Source: Nitrosopumilaceae archaeon
Lineage (GTDB): Archaea > Thermoproteota > Nitrososphaeria > Nitrososphaerales > Nitrosopumilaceae
Reading direction: 5' to 3'
DNA length: 64,000 nt
Assembly (NCBI GenBank): GCA_965207375.1
Contig: OZ242274.1
Location: 1,280,001 to 1,344,000 of the forward strand
Shown: positions 40,665-51,044 of the stretch, piece after piece
Position numbering within the stretch: the first letter of the stretch is position 1
Layout: each line of letters starts with the position of its first letter
The notes under the pieces: model-generated
Seen by the model: only the letters and a program-made list of their open reading frames with translations
What the model was told of the DNA's origin: nothing
The model's database searches: none
Position numbers and translations under genes: made by a program

Positions 40665-41266
40665 TTCAAAATAAACTCCAAATTCTTTCCGTATATCATG
40701 ATATGGTTATCTAAAATAGAGCGTACAATCTCCCTTTTCTTTTTTGATTTAAATTCAGATTCGGAGAAGACAAGTGGCGAGATCTTGCTGTGAAATTTCG
40801 TAAATATTTCTTCTCCTGCATTTGCTACAACCATGATGGCATCATCAAAATCATCAGATATGATAAAAACATCAATATCACTATCTTCTTTTTCTTGACT
40901 TTTTGAAACGCTTCCAAAAACAACAGCTGAAATAATTTTTTTTGTGCTGAGATGTTTTTTGAGGATCAAAATCACCTGATCAAAAGTTTGCTTTTCTGCA
41001 ATAAACATCGGCTCTATGATTTTTTTTAGGACATAGCTTTTTTCATTTAATGATACTTGATGTGATCTTCCTACCGGTTGAATTTGTACAACTCCAAGTT
41101 TTTCAAGCTCGTCTACCGTTTCTGACACTCCAGTATGTGAAACCCCTGCATCGTGTGCCAATCTTCTAATTGTAAAGATCTTGCCTTTATATCGTATCAA
41201 AGTGCGAAGGACACTAATAGAGACCTTGTTTCCAAGTGCTTTTTCTAAATACTCGTAAAGTTTCAT
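40661..41266 (-). CDS. HTH-fused minimal nucleotidyltransferase (putative antitoxin)
   Basis: N-terminal wHTH; FGSVSKSQEKEDSDIDV (GSx10DxD). Confidence 0.88.
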   Translation of the reverse strand: MKLYEYLEKALGNKVSISVLRTLIRYKGKIFTIRRLAHDAGVSHTGVSETVDELEKLGVVQIQPVGRSHQVSLNEKSYVLKKIIEPMFIAEKQTFDQVILILKKHLSTKKIISAVVFGSVSKSQEKEDSDIDVFIISDDFDDAIMVVANAGEEIFTKFHSKISPLVFSESEFKSKKKREIVRSILDNHIMIYGKNLEFILK

Positions 41267-41270
41267 GATG

Positions 41271-41330
41271 TGGTAAATATTACTTCCATATGGTATTAAT
41301 AGTTTTCATATGGTAGAATTTCATTAAATA
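41271..41330. promoter_or_regulatory. Putative operator array of the HEPN-MNT operon
   Basis: Three 20-bp units starting TGGTA and ending ATA at 41271, 41291, 41311, overlapping the TATA-like region. Confidence 0.5.
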
Positions 41331-41430
41331 TTGCTTCAATCTGTACCTGCTAATGACCAATTGACACGTAGGATAGAATTGTATATGTACAAGAATACAT
41401 CATATAAAACGAGTAAATTCTTGATTAAAA

Positions 41431-41553
41431 TGGTACGGACCCCGCTAGAATGAGAACACTCGCATTCATCACCTTAAAGTCAATACGGGGAGAGGAATCA
41501 TGGTAAAAAGCAAGTTTACACCAGATTAAAAAATACAGATCGTACTAGAATCA
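41431..41553 (+). mobile_element. IS3-family left-end remnant
   Basis: TGGTACGGACCCC end, then MVKSKFTPD*KIQIVLES (OrfA start) from 41500. Confidence 0.65.
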
Positions 41554-41686
41554 TCTATGTAAATTTCCAGACCACCGAATGAATTATCCACACCACCAAA
41601 TTTAATTCCAGAGAACTTTCACTATGTCATCTTTATTAGCATGTTTTCACCGGAATATGCAATGACTTTAAAAAAAAAGACTAAAG

Positions 41687-42575
41687 ATGAAACCCGTGAC
41701 TGCAATCTTATTTTCAGTACTGTTATTAATTCCGGCAATACCGTTGGGTAGTGCAGTTGATTCCATTACAGGTACGACAAACTCAGAAATACAAAACCCG
41801 TTAAAACAGATTCAAAACGGCACATCACTAGATGAGATTATGTGTAGAGATGACAGAATACTGATGCAGCGACCAAATGCTGAATATGTGTGTGTATAAT
41901 ATTTCTGTAGAGAAACTGCAAATTCGAGGATGGCATGTCACCTCTGGAATATTTGCCACTTCAAACAGTGAAATATCGACAAATAAAATATCCAATGTAT
42001 CCGCACCTCGTTTGTTTGCTGGCCACAGTGAACTATCCCTAGATAAATACCCAAAGGTTGGCGAAACTGCGACACTGACTGTAAATGCAACAAACAATGA
42101 CACAGTCAAACCTAGTGAAGTCGATTTAGATAGTTTAACAATTTCTATAACCGAAGGTTTGGAATTTGTAGGTATAAATTCATCAAAAATTGAATATGTA
42201 GAACGTTACAATCTTGATGATGAATATGAGTACAGTATTCCACTTGACTTGGAATCAGGCGAATCAAAAACATTTACTGTTACAATCAAAGCAGTAAAAG
42301 AAGGATTACATTTCATTGGAAGTTACTATTTTGAAGGTGAAGATGGACTTGCGTATTATGTAACCTCTGATGAAATCTGGTCATATGACGAGTATAGGAA
42401 AAAATTTGCCAATATAAAACCACAACAAGCAGAAATTACAGAATGTCCAGAAGGTTACCTACTACACGCAAATCAATGTTTTGATGTTTCCATACCAACA
42501 CCAACGCCCACATTGGAACAAAGACAAGATACCATATTTGGTTTGTGTGCAGAGTATATGAGAGGTGATTCGTAA
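41687..42575 (+). pseudogene. Secreted protein, 5' part (frameshift near 41895, then IS insertion)
   Basis: Signal peptide plus NPLKQ...C...YVCV, continuing in another frame as YNISVEKLQIRGW (same module as 29934 gene). Confidence 0.75.
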
Positions 42576-43342
42576 TTAGCAAATTTCCCTAAATTTCACG
42601 CCTAGCAATACCAAAAAGATCCAAATATCACCCGAATCTACCACAACTCATGATGTCCTATGAAAAACTGGTAAAAAATACCAGAAGATTTCGTGCCATA
42701 ACAGGCATGTCTGCCAAAGAATTTGATTTGTTAGTATCTAAGGTGGAAAAAAAGTATCCAAGAGCAGAAAAAAAGAGACTCTCTAGAGAAAACAGAGTGC
42801 GCGCAATAGGTGCAGGCCGCAGATTCGCATTAAATGTACGAGACCAGGTGATGCTACTTTTGTTTTACTATCGTACATACTGCACACAAGATGTAGCAGC
42901 AGTCATGTTTGAAATAGGACAAGCATCAGTATCGCGCTCTATTACCCATATAGAGCCCATCCTCAAACTATGCATTCCTATACCTTCCAAAATACATGAC
43001 AAGATGCAAAGAATTTCCTCCATAGAGGAATTAGAAGAGATTCTTCCAGGTCTTAGATGTCTTGTTGATGCCTCAGAACAGAAAATACAAAGACCCGAAC
43101 GCAAGGACATGGAAAAGTCCCACTATTCTGGCAAGGCAGGAGAACACACCTCTAAGGTACAATACACGACTAACACACATGGAATAATAGTGCACAAGAC
43201 ACGTCATTCGCCAGGAAAAATACATGACGTTACAGTATACAAGAAAAAACCTCCAACATTTCCAGAGAAAATACCTGATGAGGCACAGGTCACCATATAT
43301 GCAGACAGAGGATACCAAGGGGCACCTGAGGTTCCAGGATAG
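42561..43342 (+). mobile_element. Truncated IS5-family ISL2-group element
   Basis: ORF 42650-43342: RRFRAITGM..EF, GAGR, LVDASEQKIQRP, YSGK, IHD, YADRGYQG then stop; catalytic-E region and right end missing; left boundary approximate. Confidence 0.85.
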
Positions 43343-44283
43343 TGGATGCAAGACAATCTGAAGACAAAATACCTGACGACGAATTGATTCAGAGAGACCC
43401 TGCAAAATGGATTTCACAATATGAGAATCAACAAAAATTTAATGCAAGTGAAAAGGACATCAAGACATACATTGAATCCGCACAAAATGACAACATGTGG
43501 AATCAAGTAATGGCCAAAGACCACACCCTATTACATAATCTAGATACTAAAGTTGGTAAGGTCGGCGCGGGATTACAAGCAATGTTAATACACGTTGAGC
43601 ATCAAAGGGATCTCGGAGTGTATGAACCTACAGAGGCTGAGAGAAGATATCATCACTGGGCTTCTGAACTATACCCAAACCCAATAATGCACGCTGAGAT
43701 CAAAGGCGTCTGGCTAGAACAGGTAATAAAATCACACAACAACATCGCAAATCATGGAAATGTACCATCTAAACTTTCATCACAAGATCCAGAGTTTTGG
43801 ATAGAGACGGCGAATGAATCGATGTGTCAGTACGTTGATTGCACACAAGGTGCTCCAGATTCAGATCCAATCACAAACTTTGTACAAAGATACATCATTC
43901 CAAATGCGTATGTGTATGAAGTTGATACGTGGCATATTATGAATGGCTACATCTACACGTACAGTTGCGAGGGGCAAACCGGAGGCTGTATGTTCGCTTT
44001 GGATCCAAAAAGTGGAGTAGGTACGTTGAGTTCTAGCAAGACAACTGCAAGATCTTACGACTCGGATGCAATAGTGTATGCCTCAAATTGTTCACCATAC
44101 TACACGACAGAACACAACACACTTGATGGTGACTTGACAAGTGATGTGCAGGAATGGTCATGGAGTCACAGTAACGATACGGGTTGCGCGGTACTATATA
44201 AGATACAAGAGATAGCGCCAAATCCACACGCTTCGTTTTTTGCGACTTGGTCCATTGAATCAGAGACTACCATAGAATCTTAA
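43342..44283 (+). pseudogene. 3' part of a secreted Cys-containing protein, probably the gene interrupted by the IS
   Basis: 313-aa ORF with no signal peptide, starting at the transposase break. Confidence 0.55.
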
Positions 44284-44308
44284 ATCCTCCCTCTTTCTTT
44301 TTATTATC

Positions 44309-44845
44309 ATGAAATACTGGATGTTGCCACTTGGTATGTTCGCCTTTGCGATCTTATTTCTAATAAGCTACGACACACTTGACACGTACTTTACAGTCAC
44401 CGTTCCACTGCAACATACGATTCAGCTGGTTCACATAGGGGAATACCATTATGATCCTGCAGACGACCCGCAGTCGGACATTGGCACTGTCACCCGCGTA
44501 AAGGCTATAGGCGAAGATTACATAGAGATCCAGTTTACCGATAATGGTTTTTTTGTAGGCCCGCATAGAATACCGGAATTTGAGCATATTGAAACCATAA
44601 GAAGGGGAGATGTATTCGTAGAGACGTGCTTAAACCGTGATTCCGGTGTGAGCCTAGGACTTTTGACGTACATCGGTGTTGAAAAGTATGATGGAAAAGA
44701 TCACCACAAGTTCTTTCGCGCAAGCACAGATGCGGATGAGGGGCTACAGTGTAAGTATCCACAAATCATCATAGAAAGCCTAAAGATTGACTTGGATATT
44801 GTAATACCACCGGGTAAAATTCCCAACATTATACTTGAAAAGTAG
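44309..44845 (+). CDS. Membrane-anchored hypothetical protein
   Basis: N-terminal TM helix, soluble domain with two Cys. Confidence 0.7.
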   Translation: MKYWMLPLGMFAFAILFLISYDTLDTYFTVTVPLQHTIQLVHIGEYHYDPADDPQSDIGTVTRVKAIGEDYIEIQFTDNGFFVGPHRIPEFEHIETIRRGDVFVETCLNRDSGVSLGLLTYIGVEKYDGKDHHKFFRASTDADEGLQCKYPQIIIESLKIDLDIVIPPGKIPNIILEK

Positions 44846-44874
44846 TGAAGATTTCAGTAATTGGAATACACTTG

Positions 44875-44905
44875 TGGAGTGGACCCCACAAAATGTTACA
44901 CTTTT
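44875..44905 (+). mobile_element. Second IS3-like terminal remnant
   Basis: TGGAGTGGACCCCACAAAATGTTACACT resembles the end at 41431. Confidence 0.4.
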
Positions 44906-45119
44906 TGGCATGATTTTACATACAGTTTTTGTAACAACTCGGCCTCTGGAAGTTATCTGTAGTTAACCCATCAGCAGATAACAAGTAACGATATTCGTTA
45001 AAAAAAGTAAACCGAAACAGATCAATAAGGCCCGCCTCTGAAGATTTGATATGAAACAAAACCAAAAGAGGCTGACAATATAATGGATAATCCACTCACA
45101 TATCAAAATATCGCCGCAC

Positions 45120-46868
45120 CGATTCTCCAGCGTTATCTGTTGGTCAAAGTCAACATGCAAATTTTTTCCGGATTGCCCGTGCCTAAAATTTCTTCAATTG
45201 TCACATAGTTTGTTCTTGTGCAGGTAAAAGAGATCAAAAATTTAACCATTTTTTCAAAATTTGTTAACCTACATGATCCAAATGTATCACGACATGTAGT
45301 CCCATCGTATTTCGCAATGATGGGACTAACATATCAAAAATCATATACAAGATCAAAATTTAAACTACACGAAAAATTTGAGGCTATACGAAACAAGACA
45401 TCGGTACTGCTTACGCGCAGTACTGACAAAATGACAAGAGTTACTAGATGGATGAGTACACGTGTATCTTGGAGCAAGGGTGCACAAGGACGCGGAAATC
45501 GTGCCTTGAAAATACTAGAAACACAAAATGCAATAAAAAAAGTCAGGCATAACCATTACACAGTACAGTCCCAATCTAAGGACAACATCAGATATACCGT
45601 GATACAGAAAAAAAATTCCTGGTCATGTGACTGTCCAGATCACAAATACAGACAGGCTCAATGCAAGCATATCCTAGCAGTAATTGCAGATACTGTAGAC
45701 AGGGATGCAGAGACAATAATTGATGAACAATCCAAAGATGCAGCTAAGCTGCCTTGCCAGGACAAACAGCCCAAAGATGCAGATGACAATACTGAGAAAA
45801 AAACCACAGAAATAGTTCTAATAGAGATTCCATCACACTGTATGCATTGCGGTGACGAACACATCATAAAATATGGTCATATACAGCGTAGACATGGCAC
45901 TACGCAACGATACCAATGCAAAAATTGCAATCGTGTCTTTGGGTACAGGGGCGGCATGGAACACACACGAATAGAATCATGGGCGATTCTAGATGCACTT
46001 GATGCCTACTATAAGGGACATACACCTAGTGCAATACAAGACACGCTAGCACAAAAGGGAGTGTATGTGTGTGTATCTACGATATACAGATGGATAATCA
46101 AATTTGTAACAATGGTGTATGTATACCTGATGTCACTTTCAATTAATACAGGCAATCGATTCTGTGCAGACGAGGAATACATTTCAATAAGAGGTAAACA
46201 AAATTATCTTTTTGCAGAGACTGATTATGATACCAGATTTTTACTAGCATGGGAGGTTGCAAACTGCAAGGACGGACACAATGCAGAAAACCTACTCAAA
46301 GCTGCAGCAGCCCGTGCCGGAAAGAAACCTACAGAATTTGTAAGCGATGCCCTGCCCTCATATGCACAAGCATTTGAATCAGTGTATGCTGCACCAAATG
46401 CACTACATCAACATTGCACACACATATCAAATGCAGGAATTTCCAAAAAGAACAACAACAATGTCTGAGAAAGATTCAACGGAACATTACGTGCTATACA
46501 ACGACCCAGACGCGGCATTAAAAGTAAAAACTCGCCAATATTTGCAGGATGTGATATTTATTACAATTTCATGCGACCTCACTCAAGCCTTGGAGGCAAG
46601 ACGCCTGCAGAGGCTGCAGGTATAACTATACACGGACAAAAATGGAGGACAGTAATATCAAACGCTGCACTGTACGTGCAATAAACTCTAATGTCAAAGT
46701 TACATGTGTGATGAAACAGTGACAACTCGGAGAAGATTATGTTTTGCTGGTATGTGATTGCTCTGCTAATTTGTGATGGTTCTGCGGACACAGGCAGAAA
46801 TCTAGGCACGGGCAATTCGGAGAAAATTTGTATATTGACTTTTACCAACAGATAACGCTGGAGAATCG
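45120..46868 (+). mobile_element. IS6-like element with ~72-bp terminal inverted repeats
   Basis: 45120-45193 is the reverse complement of 46796-46868 (outer 25 bp perfect: CGATTCTCCAGCGTTATCTGTTGGT). Confidence 0.85.
45218..46684 (+). pseudogene. SWIM Zn-finger + Zn-ribbon + IS6-type DDE transposase with in-frame TGA
   Basis: CDCPDH...CKH, CMHC...CKNC, STIYRWI, ADE, VSDAL, NNNV*ERFNGTLR...YNFMRPHSSLGGKTPAEAAGI to TAA at 46684; true start probably downstream (~45452). Confidence 0.85.
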
Positions 46869-46944
46869 AATTTTAGCTCAAGCTATTGAGGCTATTTCTC
46901 TAGCACAAAAGATAAATTCGAATTTACGGTAGATTTTTTATTCT

Positions 46945-48132
46945 ATGGCTAAAAAGGCAGTTCTTGCATTCTCTGGCGGATTAGACACATCAGTTGTTGT
47001 CAAATATTTGCAACAAATACATGAGATGGATGTGATAACAATTACCGTTGATGTGGGCCAGCAGGACAATTACAAAATGATCTCATCAAAGGCAAAAAAA
47101 CTCGGAGTCAAAAAACACTACACCATTGATGCACAAAAAGAGTTTGTTACCAATTACATTTATCCATCAATTAAGGCAAATGCGCTGTATCAAAAAAAAT
47201 ACTGTTTGGCCACAGCCCTTGCAAGACCATTGATTGCAAAGACCGTACTAGACATTGCCAAAAAAGAAAATGCAACATCGCTTGCACATGGCTGTTCTGG
47301 CAAGGGAAATGATCAGGTACGCTTTGACTTGACAATGATGTCCGGTTCCAGCCTGCCAATTATTGCACCCATACGTGACTTGAATCTGGATAGAACAACA
47401 GAGTTAGAGTTTGCAAAGGATCATGGAATTAAAATTGATACAGTTGCAAAGAAATTCAGCATTGATCAAAACTTGTGGGGACGCGCAATTGAGGGCGGCG
47501 TGCTAGAGGATCCGTTTAGCGAACCTCCAGAAGATATATTTATTTGGACAAAAACCAAAAATCTTCCCGACAAACCAACATATGTCGAAATTGATTTTCA
47601 AAATGGCATTCCTGTTGCAGTAGATGAAAAACAATTAGAACCTGTAAAGCTAATAGAATATCTTAACAAAAAGGCAGGTTCTGCCGGAGTCGGAATTGCA
47701 GACCATATCGAAGACAGAGTGGTTGGAATTAAATCCAGAGAGGTGTATGAGACCCCCGCTGCTATCTGTCTAATTGAGGCACATGCAGATTTGGAGAAAA
47801 TGGTTCACACCAAACATCAAAACAAGTTCAAATCAATAATTGATGATGAATGGTCGTGGCTGGTATATTCTGGACTTTGGGAGGATCCATTAAGGACAGA
47901 TCTAGACGGCTTTATTGACCAATCCCAGGGCACAGTCACAGGCAGGGTCCGACTTAAACTATTGAAGGGAAACCTACGTATCGTGGGCAGAAAATCTATC
48001 AATTCGCTATACAGTCATAAAATAGCCACATATGGCAAGGAATCCACATTTGATCAGAGGCTTGCAAAGGGATTTGTAGAGCTGTGGGGCATGCAAACAA
48101 CAGAAGCTAATAAATTACAAAAGAAAAGGTGA
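46945..48132 (+). CDS. argG: Argininosuccinate synthase
   Basis: AFSGGLDTS, TALARP, GCSGKGNDQVRF, SIDQNLWG, KSREVYE. Confidence 0.97.
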   Translation: MAKKAVLAFSGGLDTSVVVKYLQQIHEMDVITITVDVGQQDNYKMISSKAKKLGVKKHYTIDAQKEFVTNYIYPSIKANALYQKKYCLATALARPLIAKTVLDIAKKENATSLAHGCSGKGNDQVRFDLTMMSGSSLPIIAPIRDLNLDRTTELEFAKDHGIKIDTVAKKFSIDQNLWGRAIEGGVLEDPFSEPPEDIFIWTKTKNLPDKPTYVEIDFQNGIPVAVDEKQLEPVKLIEYLNKKAGSAGVGIADHIEDRVVGIKSREVYETPAAICLIEAHADLEKMVHTKHQNKFKSIIDDEWSWLVYSGLWEDPLRTDLDGFIDQSQGTVTGRVRLKLLKGNLRIVGRKSINSLYSHKIATYGKESTFDQRLAKGFVELWGMQTTEANKLQKKR

Positions 48133-48140
48133 ACAAAAAC

Positions 48141-48308
48141 ATGAACTGTCCAGAATGTGACGCAAATATTGTAATCCCAGACGATGGAGCCGTTGGTGAA
48201 ATTGTTTCCTGCGCTGATTGCGGTGCAGATTATGAAATCGCAAAAAAAGAAGGAACAAACATTGAACTAAAAGAGGCTGAAACCATAGGCGAAGACTGGG
48301 GAGAGTAA
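48141..48308 (+). CDS. lysW: Amino-group carrier protein LysW/ArgW (copy 1)
   Basis: Missed by the track: MNCPECD...CADCG...GEDWGE. Confidence 0.95.
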   Translation: MNCPECDANIVIPDDGAVGEIVSCADCGADYEIAKKEGTNIELKEAETIGEDWGE

Positions 48309-49165
48309 TGACTCACGTCCGTATTGTATTTGATAGATTGCGATCTGAAGAAAAGGTGCTTCAAAAAGAGGCAATACAGCTAGGTCATGATGCCAAAGTC
48401 ATTGATGCAAAACTCACACAGATTAGCACCGATAGCAAGAAACATGATTTTGATTTTGGCGATGTTGTTTTAGAGCGATGTATAAGCTACTTTAGAGGAT
48501 TGCATTTTACATCGGCATTAGAATTTTTAAATGTTCCAGTCATTAACAGCTTTGCAGTTGCAAACAACTGTGGCAACAAAATGTTCATGTCCTTGTTGCT
48601 AAAAAAAGCAAATGTTCCTACTCCTAAAACATACTTTTCATTTACTGCAGATGCTGCAAAACAAAATTTAGAAAAAATTGGATATCCTTTGGTGATCAAA
48701 CCTGTAATTGGAAGCTGGGGAAGGGGAATTGTTCCTTTAAGGGATGCAGATACTGCCGAGGCAATTTTTGAAATGCGTGAAATCAATGACGGTCCACACG
48801 ACCGAATTTTTTATTTGCAAGAAATCATTAAAAGGCCTCCTCGAGACATTCGGGTCATAACTGTGGGTGAGAAGGTAGTTGCTGCAATGTATAGAAAATC
48901 AGATGACACATTTACCACAAATATTGCACTAGGTGCAGAGCCTGAACTGTGTAAAATTACAAACGAATTGGAAGATCTTGCAATAAAGGCATCGCAGGCA
49001 GTAGGTGGGGGAATTTTAGGTGTAGATATGATGGAAGATGTAGATCGGGGATTACTAGTACACGAGGTTAACAATACCGTAGAATTCAAAGGACTAGCAA
49101 AGGTTTCAAAAAACAACATACCAAAAGAAATGATCCAGTATGCCCTGACGACACTTAGAAAATAA
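48308..49165 (+). CDS. lysX: LysX/ArgX ATP-grasp ligase (copy 1, probably arginine branch)
   Basis: KPVIGSWGRG, RDIRV, TNIALG, HEVN. Confidence 0.9.
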   Translation: MTHVRIVFDRLRSEEKVLQKEAIQLGHDAKVIDAKLTQISTDSKKHDFDFGDVVLERCISYFRGLHFTSALEFLNVPVINSFAVANNCGNKMFMSLLLKKANVPTPKTYFSFTADAAKQNLEKIGYPLVIKPVIGSWGRGIVPLRDADTAEAIFEMREINDGPHDRIFYLQEIIKRPPRDIRVITVGEKVVAAMYRKSDDTFTTNIALGAEPELCKITNELEDLAIKASQAVGGGILGVDMMEDVDRGLLVHEVNNTVEFKGLAKVSKNNIPKEMIQYALTTLRK

Positions 49166-49193
49166 ATTATACCCCCTATCGGTGGAATATATC

Positions 49194-50240
49194 ATGAAGG
49201 TAGGAGTAGTTGGAGCATCAGGATATGTGGGCGGCGAAACCCTGCGACTATTGATAAATCATCCAAAAGCCGAAATCACGATGGTAACATCAAGACAACA
49301 CGTAGGCGAATATCTGCACAGGGTACAACCTAGCCTGAAGGGATTCACCGATCTTAGATTTTCAGAATTAGATTATGACAAATTAACAGACAATTGTGAT
49401 TTGGTCTTTACTGCAGTGCCGCATGGAACAGCAACTGAGATCGTAAAGGCCTTGTACGACAGGGGAATCAAAATTATAGATCTTAGTGCAGATTACAGAC
49501 TGCACAATTCACAGGCATATGACAAGTGGTACGGCTGGCAACATCCTCATCCTGACTATCTACCAAAATCAATCTTTGGCGTACCGGAGCTGCACAGAGA
49601 GGACATCAAAAAGGCACAGCTTGTTTCCTGTCCTGGATGCATGGCAGTTACATCAATGCTTGCCCTAGCGCCACTAGTTCGAGAAAAACTAATTGACACT
49701 GATCATATTGTGGTTGATTCAAAGATTGGCTCTTCTGGGGCAGGGTCAGGTTCTGGCACCGCACATGCAATGAGGGCAGGAGTCATCAGGCCATACAAAC
49801 CTGCAAAACACCGACATACAGGAGAAATTGAACAGGAATTAAGTGAAATTGCAGGCAAACCAATCCGTGTATCTATGAGTCCTCATGCAGTAGATATTGT
49901 AAGAGGGATTCTTTGTACCAATCACACATTTATGACAAAAGATATCGATGAAAAGGAATTGTGGAAATTATATCGTAGAACTTATGGTGAGGAAAAATTT
50001 GTACGTCTGATCAGAGACAAAAAAGGACTGTATAAATTCCCAGATCCAAAATTCTTGGTGGGCTCTAACTTTTGCGACATTGGCTTTGACATTGATGAGG
50101 ACAATAAAAGACTCGTTGCACTGTCTGCCTCAGATAACCTGATGAAGGGTGCAGCAGGTTCTGCAATTCAAAATATGAATGTCATGGCAGGCTTTGATGA
50201 ATCAGACGGGCTCAGATACACGCCACTAACGCCGGTATAA
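49194..50240 (+). CDS. lysY: LysW-gamma-aminoadipyl/glutamyl-phosphate reductase
   Basis: GASGYVGGE, DLSADYR, PGC, DNLMKGAAG (ArgC family). Confidence 0.92.
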   Translation: MKVGVVGASGYVGGETLRLLINHPKAEITMVTSRQHVGEYLHRVQPSLKGFTDLRFSELDYDKLTDNCDLVFTAVPHGTATEIVKALYDRGIKIIDLSADYRLHNSQAYDKWYGWQHPHPDYLPKSIFGVPELHREDIKKAQLVSCPGCMAVTSMLALAPLVREKLIDTDHIVVDSKIGSSGAGSGSGTAHAMRAGVIRPYKPAKHRHTGEIEQELSEIAGKPIRVSMSPHAVDIVRGILCTNHTFMTKDIDEKELWKLYRRTYGEEKFVRLIRDKKGLYKFPDPKFLVGSNFCDIGFDIDEDNKRLVALSASDNLMKGAAGSAIQNMNVMAGFDESDGLRYTPLTPV

Positions 50241-50243
50241 GAG

Positions 50244-51044
50244 ATGATCACAATCAAAATTGGCGGCAGTGTCGTAGATGATCTACACGAATCAACAATA
50301 CGTGACATTAAAAAGATTTCAGAGCAAGAAGGCATAGTTTTAGTACATGGTGGAGGCAAAGAGGTTACCAAGGTCTCTGCTCAGCTTGGAAAGAAACCAA
50401 AGTTTGTTACATCCCCTAGTGGAATAAAAAGCAGATACACCGACAAGGAAACATCTGAAATATTCACAATGGTAATGTCTGGAAGAATCAACAAAAACAT
50501 CGTACGAATGCTTCAAAAAAACGGCATTAATGCAATTGGACTTTGTGGGGTAGACGCACAGGTAATACAGGCAGACAGAAAAAAGAAGCTGCTGATTGTA
50601 AATGACAGGGGCAGAAAACAGGCAATTGATGGGGGATATACGGGAAAAATCACTAGGGTCAACTCTGAGTTTATCCTTTTGCTGCTTGCTCAGGGACTAG
50701 TTCCTGTAATTTCTCCGGTAGCCATGAGTGAGGAGGCAGATTTTCTCAATGTTGACGGGGACAGGGCAGCAGCATATGTTGCAGGTAGCATTAACTCTGA
50801 CAAGGTTTTGTTCATTACAAATGTAGACGGTCTGTTAATGGAGGACAAACTAGTAAATCACCTTACTATACAGGAGGCAAAGCAGATTCGACCAAAAATT
50901 GGCCCCGGAATGGAGAAAAAAATCCTAGCAGCCACTGAGGCCTTGGATATGGGTGTCAATATTGCCTTAATATCTAATGGACAGAGAGAAAATCCTATAT
51001 CTACAGCAATTGCACAAGATAATTGCACGGTAATTCAAAAATGA
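50244..51044 (+). CDS. lysZ: LysW-gamma-aminoadipate/glutamate kinase
   Basis: IKIGGS, VHGGG, SRYTD, NVDGDRAA (ArgB family). Confidence 0.92.
   Translation: MITIKIGGSVVDDLHESTIRDIKKISEQEGIVLVHGGGKEVTKVSAQLGKKPKFVTSPSGIKSRYTDKETSEIFTMVMSGRINKNIVRMLQKNGINAIGLCGVDAQVIQADRKKKLLIVNDRGRKQAIDGGYTGKITRVNSEFILLLLAQGLVPVISPVAMSEEADFLNVDGDRAAAYVAGSINSDKVLFITNVDGLLMEDKLVNHLTIQEAKQIRPKIGPGMEKKILAATEALDMGVNIALISNGQRENPISTAIAQDNCTVIQK

Noticed and set aside
43268-43379. AAAATACCTGAYGA direct repeat near the IS break
   Set aside because: Both copies are retained and neither marks the junction; probably coincidental
41431-44905. Composite IS3 transposon
   Set aside because: The two end-like sequences are in direct orientation, divergent, and no intact transposase is present
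46466-46468. Selenocysteine recoding of the in-frame TGA
   Set aside because: Not a Cys-type position and no sel machinery in the window; nonsense mutation is simpler
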